DNA of 64,000 nucleotides from a virus, in IMG/VR virus record IMGVR_UViG_3300046373_000099, positions 2,383-66,382 of that record; one strand, written 5' to 3'. A program made the translations under genes and the position numbers. Positions 8,659-18,650 of this stretch are shown piece after piece (the first letter of the stretch is position 1; each line of letters starts with the position of its first letter). The notes below the pieces were generated by a model that saw only the letters and a program-made list of their open reading frames with translations, was not told the origin of the DNA and searched no databases.

Positions 8659-10604
8659 ACAGGTGTGATGGTGACTCCGCCGCCTACACTATACCAGGGC
8701 GAAACGTCGGTGGTTCCACGCGTCATCACCTCCCTGTTATTTGTGGATTCCCAAACCCGCTTCCCTGGACGCTTGTCGGTGGTGTTTATCGCATGAGTTT
8801 TATCAGCGAGCTGTGCCGCAGTGGCAGAAAGAACCAAATCGGTTATTTCAGACCACCCAGGCGCAGCACCACCCGATACTTTGTGATAGTTTTGATTTCC
8901 GACCGTGCCGTTTTTTCTGCGGAACGTGGACCCTACCACAGCACCTACGACACCTTCTGGTGAACCGTTACCAACAAGAGAAATTGGCTGATTGGAAAAA
9001 CCAGTTAGTACACCTGCGTCCCGGTTGGTGCCAATAGTGATTGCCAACCCAGATGCAGTTGCATCCCAAATACCATACCAACAATTATTTGAGGTAGACG
9101 GCTGGAAATTGTTACCGCCACCCCCAATGATGTTAGCATCTACATGGATTAAAGCACCACTTGCTGAAGCAACGATAGCCGCACAGAAAGAAACATTTCC
9201 GCCCGATGGCGTCACGCCCCGAGAGTTGTAGTTCGTGATTGTGTTCCCGCTGATGGAAACGCCGACACCCCCACGGAAATACAACGGAGCGGCCACATGG
9301 GCGAGAAAGTTGTTTCCCTTGATAGCGAGGCCGTAGGCCGAACCGCTGGTTGTCGTTGACTGATCCACCCAGATAGCGCGCAAGGCGTCATTCTGACCAT
9401 TAAACGTGTTGTTCGAAATGGTCATCCCGAGGGAGTAAGAACCGCCAAAGCTGTCAAGCACGTAAATTTGCGAGCAATCAAGATTGCCATTCCCGCAGTT
9501 GTCGAAGAAATTGTTTGTCACCCGGTGACCGATCAGCACAGCGTTGGCGTCAACGCCCTCAACGCGGTATAGCTGCTTTGAATATCGGCCAATGTAGTTG
9601 CCTGAGAATTCCAGGCTTTCGATTGAGTTGATCAAAACCCCATACTGAGAGCCGATGTTGGCCGTAATGCTGGCGACAACACTGTTTGTGCCGTCAGTGA
9701 ATGTGGTGCTTCTCGACGGGCCTGCCCACCCGCTGAGATAGTTATCCAGGATGTTCCCAAGCTGGCCGTGGCGGTTTGTCCCCTTCATCCAGATGGACGC
9801 AATGCCTTCCTGAAGATTGGTGACGGTCGGGTCCCAGGTTCCAGCAACCCAATTGCCCTTGATGTTTGGATTATGGCAACCGTCAGAGACAATGCCGTAG
9901 GGCATGCGGAACATCACGTTATTGGCGATTGTGGTCCGCTGACAATCGATTGTCCGAATATGCGCAGAACCATCAGTGAGCCGGAAATTCAGAGATGTAT
10001 CTCCAGAAGCATATGCGGTTCCGTGCACCATGTAGATGCCTTCGACCCAGCAATGCCCACCGGTCTGCGTGATAGTGTCTCCATAGGCGCTGTTTCTCTG
10101 GAAAATCGTTCCGAGAAGGGCAGCGCCCATCAGCCTGACTTTGGGATAGAGCGTCAAAGTCGAGGTGAGCAGATATGTGCCCTTCGGCACCCAGACTGTA
10201 CCCCCACCCAAGGAGTTGACGTGATTGATGGCCTTTTGGATTTGCACGCTGGCCGAAACACCGCCTGTCCGGTTCGCGCCGAAATCGAGAACGCTCACCG
10301 TTTCCTCAATTTTGCTTTGGAGTGTCCGTGGGACTGCATCTGTGCCTGTTGGGGTGAACGTTTGAAGAAGGACCGTCGCCAACGCTGTGGACGTGGACAG
10401 CTTCTCCGCCAGCGCAGCAGCCTGCGCCGTAGACACAGGCTTATCGACATCCGACGTGTTATCGACGTTGGAGAGGCCAACGTCAGCTTTCGCAAGCCCT
10501 CCCTTGACGATGGCCGCGATGGCGTTGACGTCTACAGCGGGAACGCCAGCTTCGAGGGCTGTAATGCGATCTGCAACTTTGACAAGCGGGTTGCTGATGT
10601 TCAT
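8655..10604 (-). CDS. Tailspike with pectate-lyase-like beta-helix (putative depolymerase)
   Basis: VSVLDFGA..IQKAIN..GGGTVWVPKGTY; Asn-rich beta-helix repeats; KADVGLSNVDNTSD anchor. Confidence 0.8.
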   Translation of the reverse strand: MNISNPLVKVADRITALEAGVPAVDVNAIAAIVKGGLAKADVGLSNVDNTSDVDKPVSTAQAAALAEKLSTSTALATVLLQTFTPTGTDAVPRTLQSKIEETVSVLDFGANRTGGVSASVQIQKAINHVNSLGGGTVWVPKGTYLLTSTLTLYPKVRLMGAALLGTIFQRNSAYGDTITQTGGHCWVEGIYMVHGTAYASGDTSLNFRLTDGSAHIRTIDCQRTTIANNVMFRMPYGIVSDGCHNPNIKGNWVAGTWDPTVTNLQEGIASIWMKGTNRHGQLGNILDNYLSGWAGPSRSTTFTDGTNSVVASITANIGSQYGVLINSIESLEFSGNYIGRYSKQLYRVEGVDANAVLIGHRVTNNFFDNCGNGNLDCSQIYVLDSFGGSYSLGMTISNNTFNGQNDALRAIWVDQSTTTSGSAYGLAIKGNNFLAHVAAPLYFRGGVGVSISGNTITNYNSRGVTPSGGNVSFCAAIVASASGALIHVDANIIGGGGNNFQPSTSNNCWYGIWDATASGLAITIGTNRDAGVLTGFSNQPISLVGNGSPEGVVGAVVGSTFRRKNGTVGNQNYHKVSGGAAPGWSEITDLVLSATAAQLADKTHAINTTDKRPGKRVWESTNNREVMTRGTTDVSPWYSVGGGVTITPV

Positions 10605-11407
10605 TAAGACCTCCCACGCGTTGCGGCCAGCGCCACGTGTGCAGTATGGAACGCGGCTATTTCGCGCTCGGTAATGGCGCGGCCTTCGCAGAACTCGAAC
10701 GCGTCCATGATTGTGGAGCCGCCGGCAAACGTGTCGTACGAGCCAATGTTGATCGCCATCGTTGACTGCTGATTACCAGAAGGACCGGTGATCGCTGCCA
10801 TGTCCCAGACGGCCGAAACCTGAGCAACCACCGTCGAGCGGCGCTGCTGAATAGAGATATTGCCGCCGCCGTGGTGGCGCATGATGACGGACTGTGGTTT
10901 GCCGTACTGAGCGGCGTGCGGCTTCGGGATGCCTGGCCACACGCTCGGCTCAACACCAGAGACTGATTGCCTCATGAAAACACCATGACCCGAATTGGTG
11001 GAAATCTCGCCCGAAACAGGGTTGTTCCACGCCATGAAACCCCGGGTCGAGTATCCAGCCGTCCAAAACCACGTCCGCCGATCAGCCGCAGTGGCGCCAG
11101 CAGGTGCCGGTTGCGTCAACCCGAACATGAGCGTCCACGGCTCCTGGATATTAATCGAAGGACCCGCGACCCAAGCAAGCCCTGATATTTGAAGTCCGCC
11201 GCCGGAAAGGGCTGTCAGGCCGCCACCGCCGCCAATCTGCGTGGGATAATCGATACTATCGACCTCCTCACGATATGGAGCTGCCTGCTTGAACAGCATG
11301 AGACGACGCATGTTGTTACGGGGGAAGCCTTCAGCCGTCTTCGGGACAAGGCGAGGACCGGCGGAGCCAGCGGGGGCGGCAATGCCGAGTTTGTAGGATA
11401 CGGTCAT
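10604..11407 (-). CDS. Tail-associated protein (possible ConA/LamG-like)
   Basis: Position between fibre genes; beta-rich sequence. Confidence 0.5.
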   Translation of the reverse strand: MTVSYKLGIAAPAGSAGPRLVPKTAEGFPRNNMRRLMLFKQAAPYREEVDSIDYPTQIGGGGGLTALSGGGLQISGLAWVAGPSINIQEPWTLMFGLTQPAPAGATAADRRTWFWTAGYSTRGFMAWNNPVSGEISTNSGHGVFMRQSVSGVEPSVWPGIPKPHAAQYGKPQSVIMRHHGGGNISIQQRRSTVVAQVSAVWDMAAITGPSGNQQSTMAINIGSYDTFAGGSTIMDAFEFCEGRAITEREIAAFHTAHVALAATRGRS

Positions 11408-11411
11408 GATG

Positions 11412-13922
11412 TCAGGTCCTCACGGTCTGATTGGAGACGAGGCAGAAGTTGTTGAGGGGGTAGAAGCGGCCTTGGCGCGTGCCGTATGCACCGGCAAACG
11501 TATAATGCGACTGCGCGTTGTCGCTATCGACCAGATTGCCGAAGTTGCGATCTCGGCGAATCTGAGCCACCTGCCCGGTTACAATGTCGCCATCGTGAAT
11601 GCGTGCTTCGCCCCTGCAGATAGTTTGTCCGCCTTCAAAACGAACATCCTGCACCAGTTGGTAAGCGCCCCCCTGGTAAAGAAAGAACGCACCCTCTACC
11701 AACATGTCGGAAAACTGCCCGCGCACGTCGCCAGCAAAGAGAATTTCGTTCGATGCTTGCCCATTCGGGTACGCAGCCCCAGACCGCACAGTCACGACGT
11801 TTCCGCTTGTTGAGCGAACGAAATTGTCATTTCCGTAAACCACATAGACCGCTTGTCCCGCCGCCACTGGTGTCGAGGCATCGAGCGTGATTTGAACGAC
11901 ATCTGGATCGAAGATTTCCACTGAACTGATGGTTCGGGCTGCGCCAGGCGCATTCGGCGTCCCAAGAAACACCTGAAATCCCTTGGTGGGATGGTCAGGA
12001 ATGCCGATATTAAAATCCGACGACCAACGAAGCGGCGGACGAGGAACGTTGAACTTGACGCGGATGGTCGTATTGTTCTCGCGCGCCGCATCTGTCGGCT
12101 CCAACGGGCGCCAGCGCTCTCCTTGGATAAGCACGCGGCGCATGACCTTGCCGATCTGCTCTCCAAGCCAACGGTACATGTCAGGCGTGTTGTGAACGGT
12201 CGCACCGCGATCCGTGTAGGTGTTATTGTCGGCCGGCGACACGTAAGACCATTCGATGTTGATCTCTGATGGCCCAAAGTACATCGGGCAAGCGACCATC
12301 AGTTCTGAGTATTCCTGCGCGACTTGACGCTGGGCTTCGCCAGTCCAGTTCGAAACTGTCTGGACGATGAACATCGGGATACGGCGGCTATGATTGTCGA
12401 TCTGCCCAGACTGCAGGCGAAATTCGACATCTGACTGAGACCAGAAATAGGCAATCTCACTTTTGTATGCGGTCAAAAGAGCGTTATACCCAAGCACCGG
12501 GCCGCCCTCGTTCATTTGGCCCGCGCTCTCTGATTCACCTTCGCAAAAGACCATCGCACCGACCGCGTAATCAAAACCAAGCGAGTTGGCCTGCTCACGG
12601 ATTCGCGTTACGTCATTCACGGATGTGGAGAAATGTCCGTAAGGACCGGCCGGACCAAGGTCCCGCAGCCAGCGAGCGCCACGGTCTGGATTGGTGAACA
12701 CAAGATGCGGAGCAGTCTGCGTTAAATCTTGCGCTGCAAAGCGACCTCCACCGCCGACTACCTTCAACTGTGCAGTCAGACCGCTGGCCCACGTCTCCCC
12801 GACCGCCAGGTTCGTTTGTTCTCTGTGGGGGATAAGTTCGAACGATCCGGTTCCACGGTTGCCGAGGAGCGGGTATGTCAACTCTTCTTCTTGCCAAGTG
12901 TGGATGCCGCGCCTTGGCATAAGAGCGCCGAATTTTTGATCAGTCGTTGTAATGACAGGCTGCGCACCCTTCGAGTTGGATTGTCCCAGAAATGGAATAT
13001 GGAAAATCGTCGGGAGTGTGGTCGATGCTTCCCAACCCCTGACATGCGAGCGCATCCCATCGCGCCGCGCGAGAATTACCGGGGTACCGTCTTTGAAGCC
13101 CAGCCCTCCAGCATAGGTGTCGTCAGACCCGATCATGTCGATGATGCCGGGGAACTCCACCAGGCCATCGGCGATGCACATCAGGATTTGACCCGAATTA
13201 TCCGTAACCGCGATCGAGTAGAGCTTTCCGTCAATTACCTGGTCGGTAAGCACCTCGCCCCGTGGGGCCACGACATCGACCAGATTGTGCCAGAAACCCT
13301 GCGAGGTCAGAGCGGCCGCATTGCCAGGGCCAAACAGCTTGTAGACGATACCCTCATAGTTTGCGGGGATAGCGCCGGAGAGACCAAGAGTTTGAAGCGC
13401 AGCGATTGCTGCGTTCAGCGCGACCTGATCGGCGATCATGACAAACGAAAGCGCCGTCGAGCCCAATGTGATCGGGCCAGGCGTATTGCACAGGAACGAC
13501 CGGCCGCCCTCGGTGCCTTCCGACACATAGAATGCCATGCCAGCGACTTCAGTGCCTGCGTCCGCATCTGTCGATCGAACTGGGGCGCCGGATGCCTGCA
13601 CGACATAAATGCCGTTCTGGCTTGCCGTGGACTGGCCCATTGCCACGATGCGATTGCCCGTGGCGACCGTTACGCCGCCAAACGACGCGCCATTGGCGAT
13701 CGTCGCAAGGTTGACGTTCGACGTCGATCCGGCGCGGACTGCGCCTTTCCACTGAACGGATAGACCGAACAGTGCGCGGAGGGCGTCAATGATCGCCTGA
13801 AGGCCGCCGCCGATTTCGTCGCGTATCCTTCCCTTGTCTGGCTGGACTGGGCTGGAGGATGGCCCGTCTGCATATACCGATTTGTAGACGTCGAGAATAT
13901 CAGTGGCCATTAGATTCCCCAT
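11412..13922 (-). CDS. Tail fibre/receptor-binding protein with SGNH (sialate O-acetylesterase-like) domain
   Basis: Fibre N-terminus QSTASQNGIYVV; GQSNS, EGESES and VH motifs. Confidence 0.7.
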   Translation of the reverse strand: MGNLMATDILDVYKSVYADGPSSSPVQPDKGRIRDEIGGGLQAIIDALRALFGLSVQWKGAVRAGSTSNVNLATIANGASFGGVTVATGNRIVAMGQSTASQNGIYVVQASGAPVRSTDADAGTEVAGMAFYVSEGTEGGRSFLCNTPGPITLGSTALSFVMIADQVALNAAIAALQTLGLSGAIPANYEGIVYKLFGPGNAAALTSQGFWHNLVDVVAPRGEVLTDQVIDGKLYSIAVTDNSGQILMCIADGLVEFPGIIDMIGSDDTYAGGLGFKDGTPVILARRDGMRSHVRGWEASTTLPTIFHIPFLGQSNSKGAQPVITTTDQKFGALMPRRGIHTWQEEELTYPLLGNRGTGSFELIPHREQTNLAVGETWASGLTAQLKVVGGGGRFAAQDLTQTAPHLVFTNPDRGARWLRDLGPAGPYGHFSTSVNDVTRIREQANSLGFDYAVGAMVFCEGESESAGQMNEGGPVLGYNALLTAYKSEIAYFWSQSDVEFRLQSGQIDNHSRRIPMFIVQTVSNWTGEAQRQVAQEYSELMVACPMYFGPSEINIEWSYVSPADNNTYTDRGATVHNTPDMYRWLGEQIGKVMRRVLIQGERWRPLEPTDAARENNTTIRVKFNVPRPPLRWSSDFNIGIPDHPTKGFQVFLGTPNAPGAARTISSVEIFDPDVVQITLDASTPVAAGQAVYVVYGNDNFVRSTSGNVVTVRSGAAYPNGQASNEILFAGDVRGQFSDMLVEGAFFLYQGGAYQLVQDVRFEGGQTICRGEARIHDGDIVTGQVAQIRRDRNFGNLVDSDNAQSHYTFAGAYGTRQGRFYPLNNFCLVSNQTVRT

Positions 13923-13980
13923 GGCAAAGCCACCCGCGCCGACAAGGTCAGCAGTGGGGGCAGAGATTTAAAATTCAGTG

Positions 13981-16206
13981 CTAGGTGACCGTGAAGGCGC
14001 CGGTAGCGACCGCCGTGCTGACGACGCCGGATGCGTTCATGCCTCGGATGAAGCCGTAACGAGTGCCCGCCGTGATGCCCGTGACCAGACGCGAGTCTGG
14101 AGCGCCAGGGGCGCCGTATTCAGGCGGAGAGACGCGCAAGGCGCCCGTTATGGTGTTCGTGGTGTTCCAGTAAAGAACGGCGCCGGCGTAGTTGGCTGCG
14201 GCTGGGGCTGTCCAATTGAACGTTGCCTGCCCTACCCCGCCGATTGCCGAAGGCCCAGTTACGGGGCCGGGAGAATCGGGGTCAATCGCAGAGCTAACTG
14301 GCGCGGTGACCGACCAGTCGGAATAATCGCCACCGGTTACCTTGAAGGCAACTTCGATTTCCAGCAATTCATCGGTGGGAACAGGGTTGGTGTTGAGGCT
14401 GATATAGCCTCCCGCCGGCGTGTAGACAGGAAACTCCTGCTCCACCCACGCGCCCGAAACACCGCCGCCCGTATCTGCGATTCTGTACCGAACGACAGGA
14501 GTCAGTGAATCGTCTTCAGGGTCAATAATGACCACCCGAATGTAAACGGACGAACCGCTCGGCTTGGCCTGCACCAGATTGATGACGGGAATGACCAGCT
14601 CGCCGCTACCGGGATCGTTTGGCACTGGCGGCTGCGCGCCTTCATCGGTGGATGGATCCCAAGCGTCGATGTTTTCCGGATGCTTGATGACATCCATCTG
14701 AAAGCCGCCGCGCATGAGTGCCAGCACGGACCTTCTGTTTTCAACAACCGCACCGTTTAATGACGGGATGCGGTTCGGAGTGGTTAGCCGGACCCATCGA
14801 GAGTAGACGGCATTGATGCCGGACAACCGGACATCAACTGAACCGCGCTTTTTCTGCTGCAAGCGACGCCAGTCCCGGATACCCAGCCGCCTTGCCTGCC
14901 GCCACTGGTGGCACCAAGCATAATCCGCCTCTTGGCGGAGGATGCGGCCATAGGCTACCTGCGCCGGGACATCTTCGAAGAAATCGGTGTCACTGGTTGT
15001 ATAGTCCGTCGCCGGGTAAGTGAATCGAGGAACAAGTTGATTGACCTCATCTTCCGGCAGTACGTCATGCTGAATCTGATGGCCGACGATGTCGGCATCG
15101 GTCAAGCTGCCGCAGCGGCTTTCTCGGAACTTTCCGACCGTGAACAGCAATGCGCCGTCGCCGCGTTCGCAAATCCAGCCATCGCAGGCTGCAAGGATCG
15201 CGTTTGTGGCGACCTTTGGACTGTTTTCTGCCGTGTCGTGCCCGTTACACTCATAACGCTTCTCGACGCCGCCGCCGTTAAGAGGAACGTTCTCGTCGCA
15301 AATGTCGGCCTCTTCCTTCCACATATCGAGAACGGGGAGGATTGCCTTGGTGTAATCGCGCCGATGGCCGAACTCGTTAAAACACTGATGCCAGCACATG
15401 ATGAGCGCGGCGTTGCGCGTCCATGTCCACGTGGAAGGATTTGTCGGGCTTTGCGCCGGGTTTCGATAGTCCCAGCACAACGCTCCATCAATTTCCGCAG
15501 AAAGAACCGGGGCTCCGTAGGGAAAGCGTTTCTGCTGATTTTGCGCGTCAACAGACTGCACAATCATGCCCAAAGAGGCCTGACCGTCGCCTCGATGGTT
15601 CGAGGTCCAGACCCCGCCAGTGGAAAGAATGTCAGTAATTGGCGTGTATGCCGTCTCGGTGGGCAGACCACGGCGCGTCATGATGCGGACGTTATTGCCG
15701 TACCGTTCGCCACTTCCGAAGTTTGTGAAGCCGTTGGCGTCTAGATCGGTAAGGTCGATCCTGTTATCGTGCAGCCAGAACCCGCGATAGGCGGAAATCC
15801 GGTGGCCGGCGACAGCTTGTACGGCGATAAGATTTCGACCCTTCGCCTCCCACAGCATGTATGATCCGCCAACGCGAACCCGCCCCACGGCCCAAGATCG
15901 GTATGGAATGGACTGCGTCTTCGGTACTTTACCGTCTTCGGGCTTTGGCGGCTTTGGCGCTCCTGGCGTCAGCAGAATGCCGAGCGCCGTGGTGGCAATG
16001 GCGGAGGCGATCGAGGCGTAGGTTATCGTGGTTGCGCCGATGGCAAAGCCACCAGAGCCAAGCACAGCCGTGAAGATTGGCGTAAAGATTGGGTCTCGGC
16101 GGGCAACTGGGTAAAGTGTGCTGGTGCGTCTGAGTGTGTATTCCCAGATTAGTCGCTGCGCTGGGTCGCTGTATGAATTGAGGTAAAATCGTTCATCGCG
16201 CAGCAT
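13981..16206 (-). CDS. Central tail hub / host-specificity J-like protein with C-terminal FN3
   Basis: WTRNAALI, RYECNG, CDGWICERGDG motifs; position in tail-tip cluster. Confidence 0.8.
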   Translation of the reverse strand: MLRDERFYLNSYSDPAQRLIWEYTLRRTSTLYPVARRDPIFTPIFTAVLGSGGFAIGATTITYASIASAIATTALGILLTPGAPKPPKPEDGKVPKTQSIPYRSWAVGRVRVGGSYMLWEAKGRNLIAVQAVAGHRISAYRGFWLHDNRIDLTDLDANGFTNFGSGERYGNNVRIMTRRGLPTETAYTPITDILSTGGVWTSNHRGDGQASLGMIVQSVDAQNQQKRFPYGAPVLSAEIDGALCWDYRNPAQSPTNPSTWTWTRNAALIMCWHQCFNEFGHRRDYTKAILPVLDMWKEEADICDENVPLNGGGVEKRYECNGHDTAENSPKVATNAILAACDGWICERGDGALLFTVGKFRESRCGSLTDADIVGHQIQHDVLPEDEVNQLVPRFTYPATDYTTSDTDFFEDVPAQVAYGRILRQEADYAWCHQWRQARRLGIRDWRRLQQKKRGSVDVRLSGINAVYSRWVRLTTPNRIPSLNGAVVENRRSVLALMRGGFQMDVIKHPENIDAWDPSTDEGAQPPVPNDPGSGELVIPVINLVQAKPSGSSVYIRVVIIDPEDDSLTPVVRYRIADTGGGVSGAWVEQEFPVYTPAGGYISLNTNPVPTDELLEIEVAFKVTGGDYSDWSVTAPVSSAIDPDSPGPVTGPSAIGGVGQATFNWTAPAAANYAGAVLYWNTTNTITGALRVSPPEYGAPGAPDSRLVTGITAGTRYGFIRGMNASGVVSTAVATGAFTVT

Positions 16207-16609
16207 GGGGAAACCTCCACGCGGCCACGAGGTCAGCCTTCTTCGCGACCACTCGGCCGGGAGAAAGCATCGCCCAGAGCGGCCCAAATTTGATTGCTGA
16301 GATTTCGGAGATGGTGGTGCCGTCGAAGGACGCGGCCCGAACTATGGCCACATCGCCATCTGTGGGCGCATCAGTGCGCTCCAGCCCAAGCGGCAACAGT
16401 GTCGGCTCAACAAGCGCGACAAGCCCACCTGCCCTCGCTATGAGGCGGTGAGCGCCAAGCTCTGTAGAATAGGTGCCGCGCAGGCCGTCGGCCGGGTCGA
16501 ACCCAGTACGCTCGCGCACCCACGAGGCACACCATGTCGTGCAGTCGTCGCCGACCACCCCACCCCACCCGAACAGGTGTGGCAAGGCGAGAAATTCTCG
16601 CAAATCCAT
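16193..16609 (-). CDS. Tail-tip NlpC/P60-like protein
   Basis: FGWG...DDCTTWCASWV...GDVAIV. Confidence 0.7.
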   Translation of the reverse strand: MDLREFLALPHLFGWGGVVGDDCTTWCASWVRERTGFDPADGLRGTYSTELGAHRLIARAGGLVALVEPTLLPLGLERTDAPTDGDVAIVRAASFDGTTISEISAIKFGPLWAMLSPGRVVAKKADLVAAWRFPHAAR

Positions 16610-16652
16610 ATGATGTCCTTGGGGTGGTGGCTTCAGTAGAACCCAGTAGCCG

Positions 16653-17255
16653 TCAGTAATTCGGCCAAACCGGAGCGACGCCGCGCGCAAGACGGGCCGT
16701 TGCATCGCAGAACTTGTCGGTCGGTCTGAGCGCTTTCTGCTGGGCAGACGACCACACGGCACGGGCCGCGCGGGAGCGGGTGTTCTCACCGGCAACAACC
16801 GACAAAGACAGCGTCATCGTAGCGCTGGATGTGCCCTGCACGGCCGAACTCGACTCGCCTATGTGGCTGGCCGATCCTGTCCAGACAGGGATGATTTTCG
16901 ACATGGGCTGGAAATAGTCGTCCAGCGTCGTGAGCCCCATCTGCACCGCGCGGCCGCGAACGGCAGGCAGGCTTTCCAGCATCTTCCCGCCGGTTGCTGG
17001 ATCCACTCCGGAAATGGTGAACTCCACCGAGTCAGAGGTGCCGTTGACCAGAACCTCGAGCGTCGGAACGCCAACCAGACGGCCGCCGCCCATGTAGACC
17101 GTGCCGTCTGGGTCGATGCTGTCAAAGCCAAGCGGCACGTCGTTGACTCCCATCCAAAGATGAAGCGCCGGCGTTGTGTCGATGCGGAGAAAGATTCCGA
17201 GCTGGTGACTGTTGCCTAAGGCGGCAATGACATTGTCGGGAACCCAACCCATCAA
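16653..17255 (-). CDS. Tail-tip protein (gpL-like)
   Basis: Position; WSSAQQK..PTDKFC. Confidence 0.7.
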   Translation of the reverse strand: MMGWVPDNVIAALGNSHQLGIFLRIDTTPALHLWMGVNDVPLGFDSIDPDGTVYMGGGRLVGVPTLEVLVNGTSDSVEFTISGVDPATGGKMLESLPAVRGRAVQMGLTTLDDYFQPMSKIIPVWTGSASHIGESSSAVQGTSSATMTLSLSVVAGENTRSRAARAVWSSAQQKALRPTDKFCDATARLARGVAPVWPNY

Positions 17256-18010
17256 AAAGCCTCCACAAACTGCATCGATTGCTGCGTCACGAAGAACGCC
17301 TCAACGACCGACGGCAGTGTAAATCCGGTCGGGAACTTGGCGACAAAGCGAGGGCGCGCGAACTCGACGCGAGTGCCGGCAGTTACCGCCTCACGAAGAG
17401 GCGGAGCCAACGCCAGCGTGTAGTCTTTGAACGCGCGCATTGCGCCGCTATCAACCTCCGAACCAGCCGCGCTCTTGGCGAGCACATCCCAGTTGCGGTA
17501 GGCCCGCCATCCCTTGGTAAGGTGATAGATCGAAAACCATTCCGTCCAGCGGATGTCTCGGCTTGCTCCGTAAAGCCTAAGCTTAAGAATACCGGAGTTT
17601 AGCCCTGCATTCTCCAGCACCTTGCCGTACACGGTGGCTTGGCTATAGCCGGATCCGTCATCGAAGTACGAGCCATCCGAATGCGGGATTCCAGAAACAA
17701 TCGGAGTCGGCAGGCCGCCAATGGTAGGAAACACGCCAAACCAGTCGGTGATGATCGGAACATTGATGTACCGGAACGAGCCGTTCAGCCTGGCGCCAAG
17801 CCAATTGATGTATTCGTACTGCTCTTTATCTTTGATCAGGCAGTTCTCATAGGAGGCGGTCACAATGCCGCCTCCCGTCATTTCCATGCTTACGGACTCG
17901 CCGTTGCCGTTTCGGCCGCCTTCAAGCCCGCTGCCCTGCACATCAAAGGTTGCCTTGACGGCGTGCAGAAAGTTGGCTTCAAGCGTCGGAACGCTAAGAT
18001 ATCCGGCCAT
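17252..18010 (-). CDS. Distal tail protein
   Basis: First gene after tape measure. Confidence 0.65.
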   Translation of the reverse strand: MAGYLSVPTLEANFLHAVKATFDVQGSGLEGGRNGNGESVSMEMTGGGIVTASYENCLIKDKEQYEYINWLGARLNGSFRYINVPIITDWFGVFPTIGGLPTPIVSGIPHSDGSYFDDGSGYSQATVYGKVLENAGLNSGILKLRLYGASRDIRWTEWFSIYHLTKGWRAYRNWDVLAKSAAGSEVDSGAMRAFKDYTLALAPPLREAVTAGTRVEFARPRFVAKFPTGFTLPSVVEAFFVTQQSMQFVEAF

Positions 18011-18098
18011 GTTGCACTTTCTGCGCGTAGAGGCGCTGATCGTTCACCCCATAGACAGACGTCGTCGCTGTATGCGAGGCTGCGGCTGAAACAAGGGG

Positions 18099-18380
18099 AT
18101 GATTGGGATGACCATAGGGCCGTGGGTCGGCGAAGGATCGCTAACTATTGAAGGCGAAACCTATTCGGTGTCGTATGACATCAGGTTTCGAGTGGAGAAC
18201 AAACGCCACGTCTTTGATGGCAAAGCTAGTGGCTTGCCGAACAAAGTGCGCGGGCTTCCATCGCCTGTACGCGACCGTTTACCGCTCACGCTTGCGGATG
18301 GCAAAGTTGTTCATGTCGCGCTAATAGATCCTCTGACAGGAGCAATTGCGGTGAATGAGCGCATGCCAGGTTTCGGTTGA
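18099..18380 (+). CDS. Moron hypothetical protein
   Basis: Opposite-strand ORF inserted after TMP, with AAGGGG RBS. Confidence 0.5.
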   Translation: MIGMTIGPWVGEGSLTIEGETYSVSYDIRFRVENKRHVFDGKASGLPNKVRGLPSPVRDRLPLTLADGKVVHVALIDPLTGAIAVNERMPGFG

Positions 18381-18650
18381 GAGCCAGAAGGACTTCGCCC
18401 TCGGCGTCAGCGATGAATACTCGTCCAGGCCTTGCTCTATAAAGTTCCGCTCCACAATCAAGAGAAAGCGGAACCATCGAAATAACTTCGACTCCATAGC
18501 CAGCGACACCGTGATCTTCGACGTATTCCCTAAAACCAGTCGGGGGGACTTGAGGGGCGTTGTCGATTCGCTGCGCCAATTCGATATCGGCGTAGCATTC
18601 TCCATCACGAGGCGGGTTTTCTACTGCCGGATTAAGTTCCGTCATATTAG

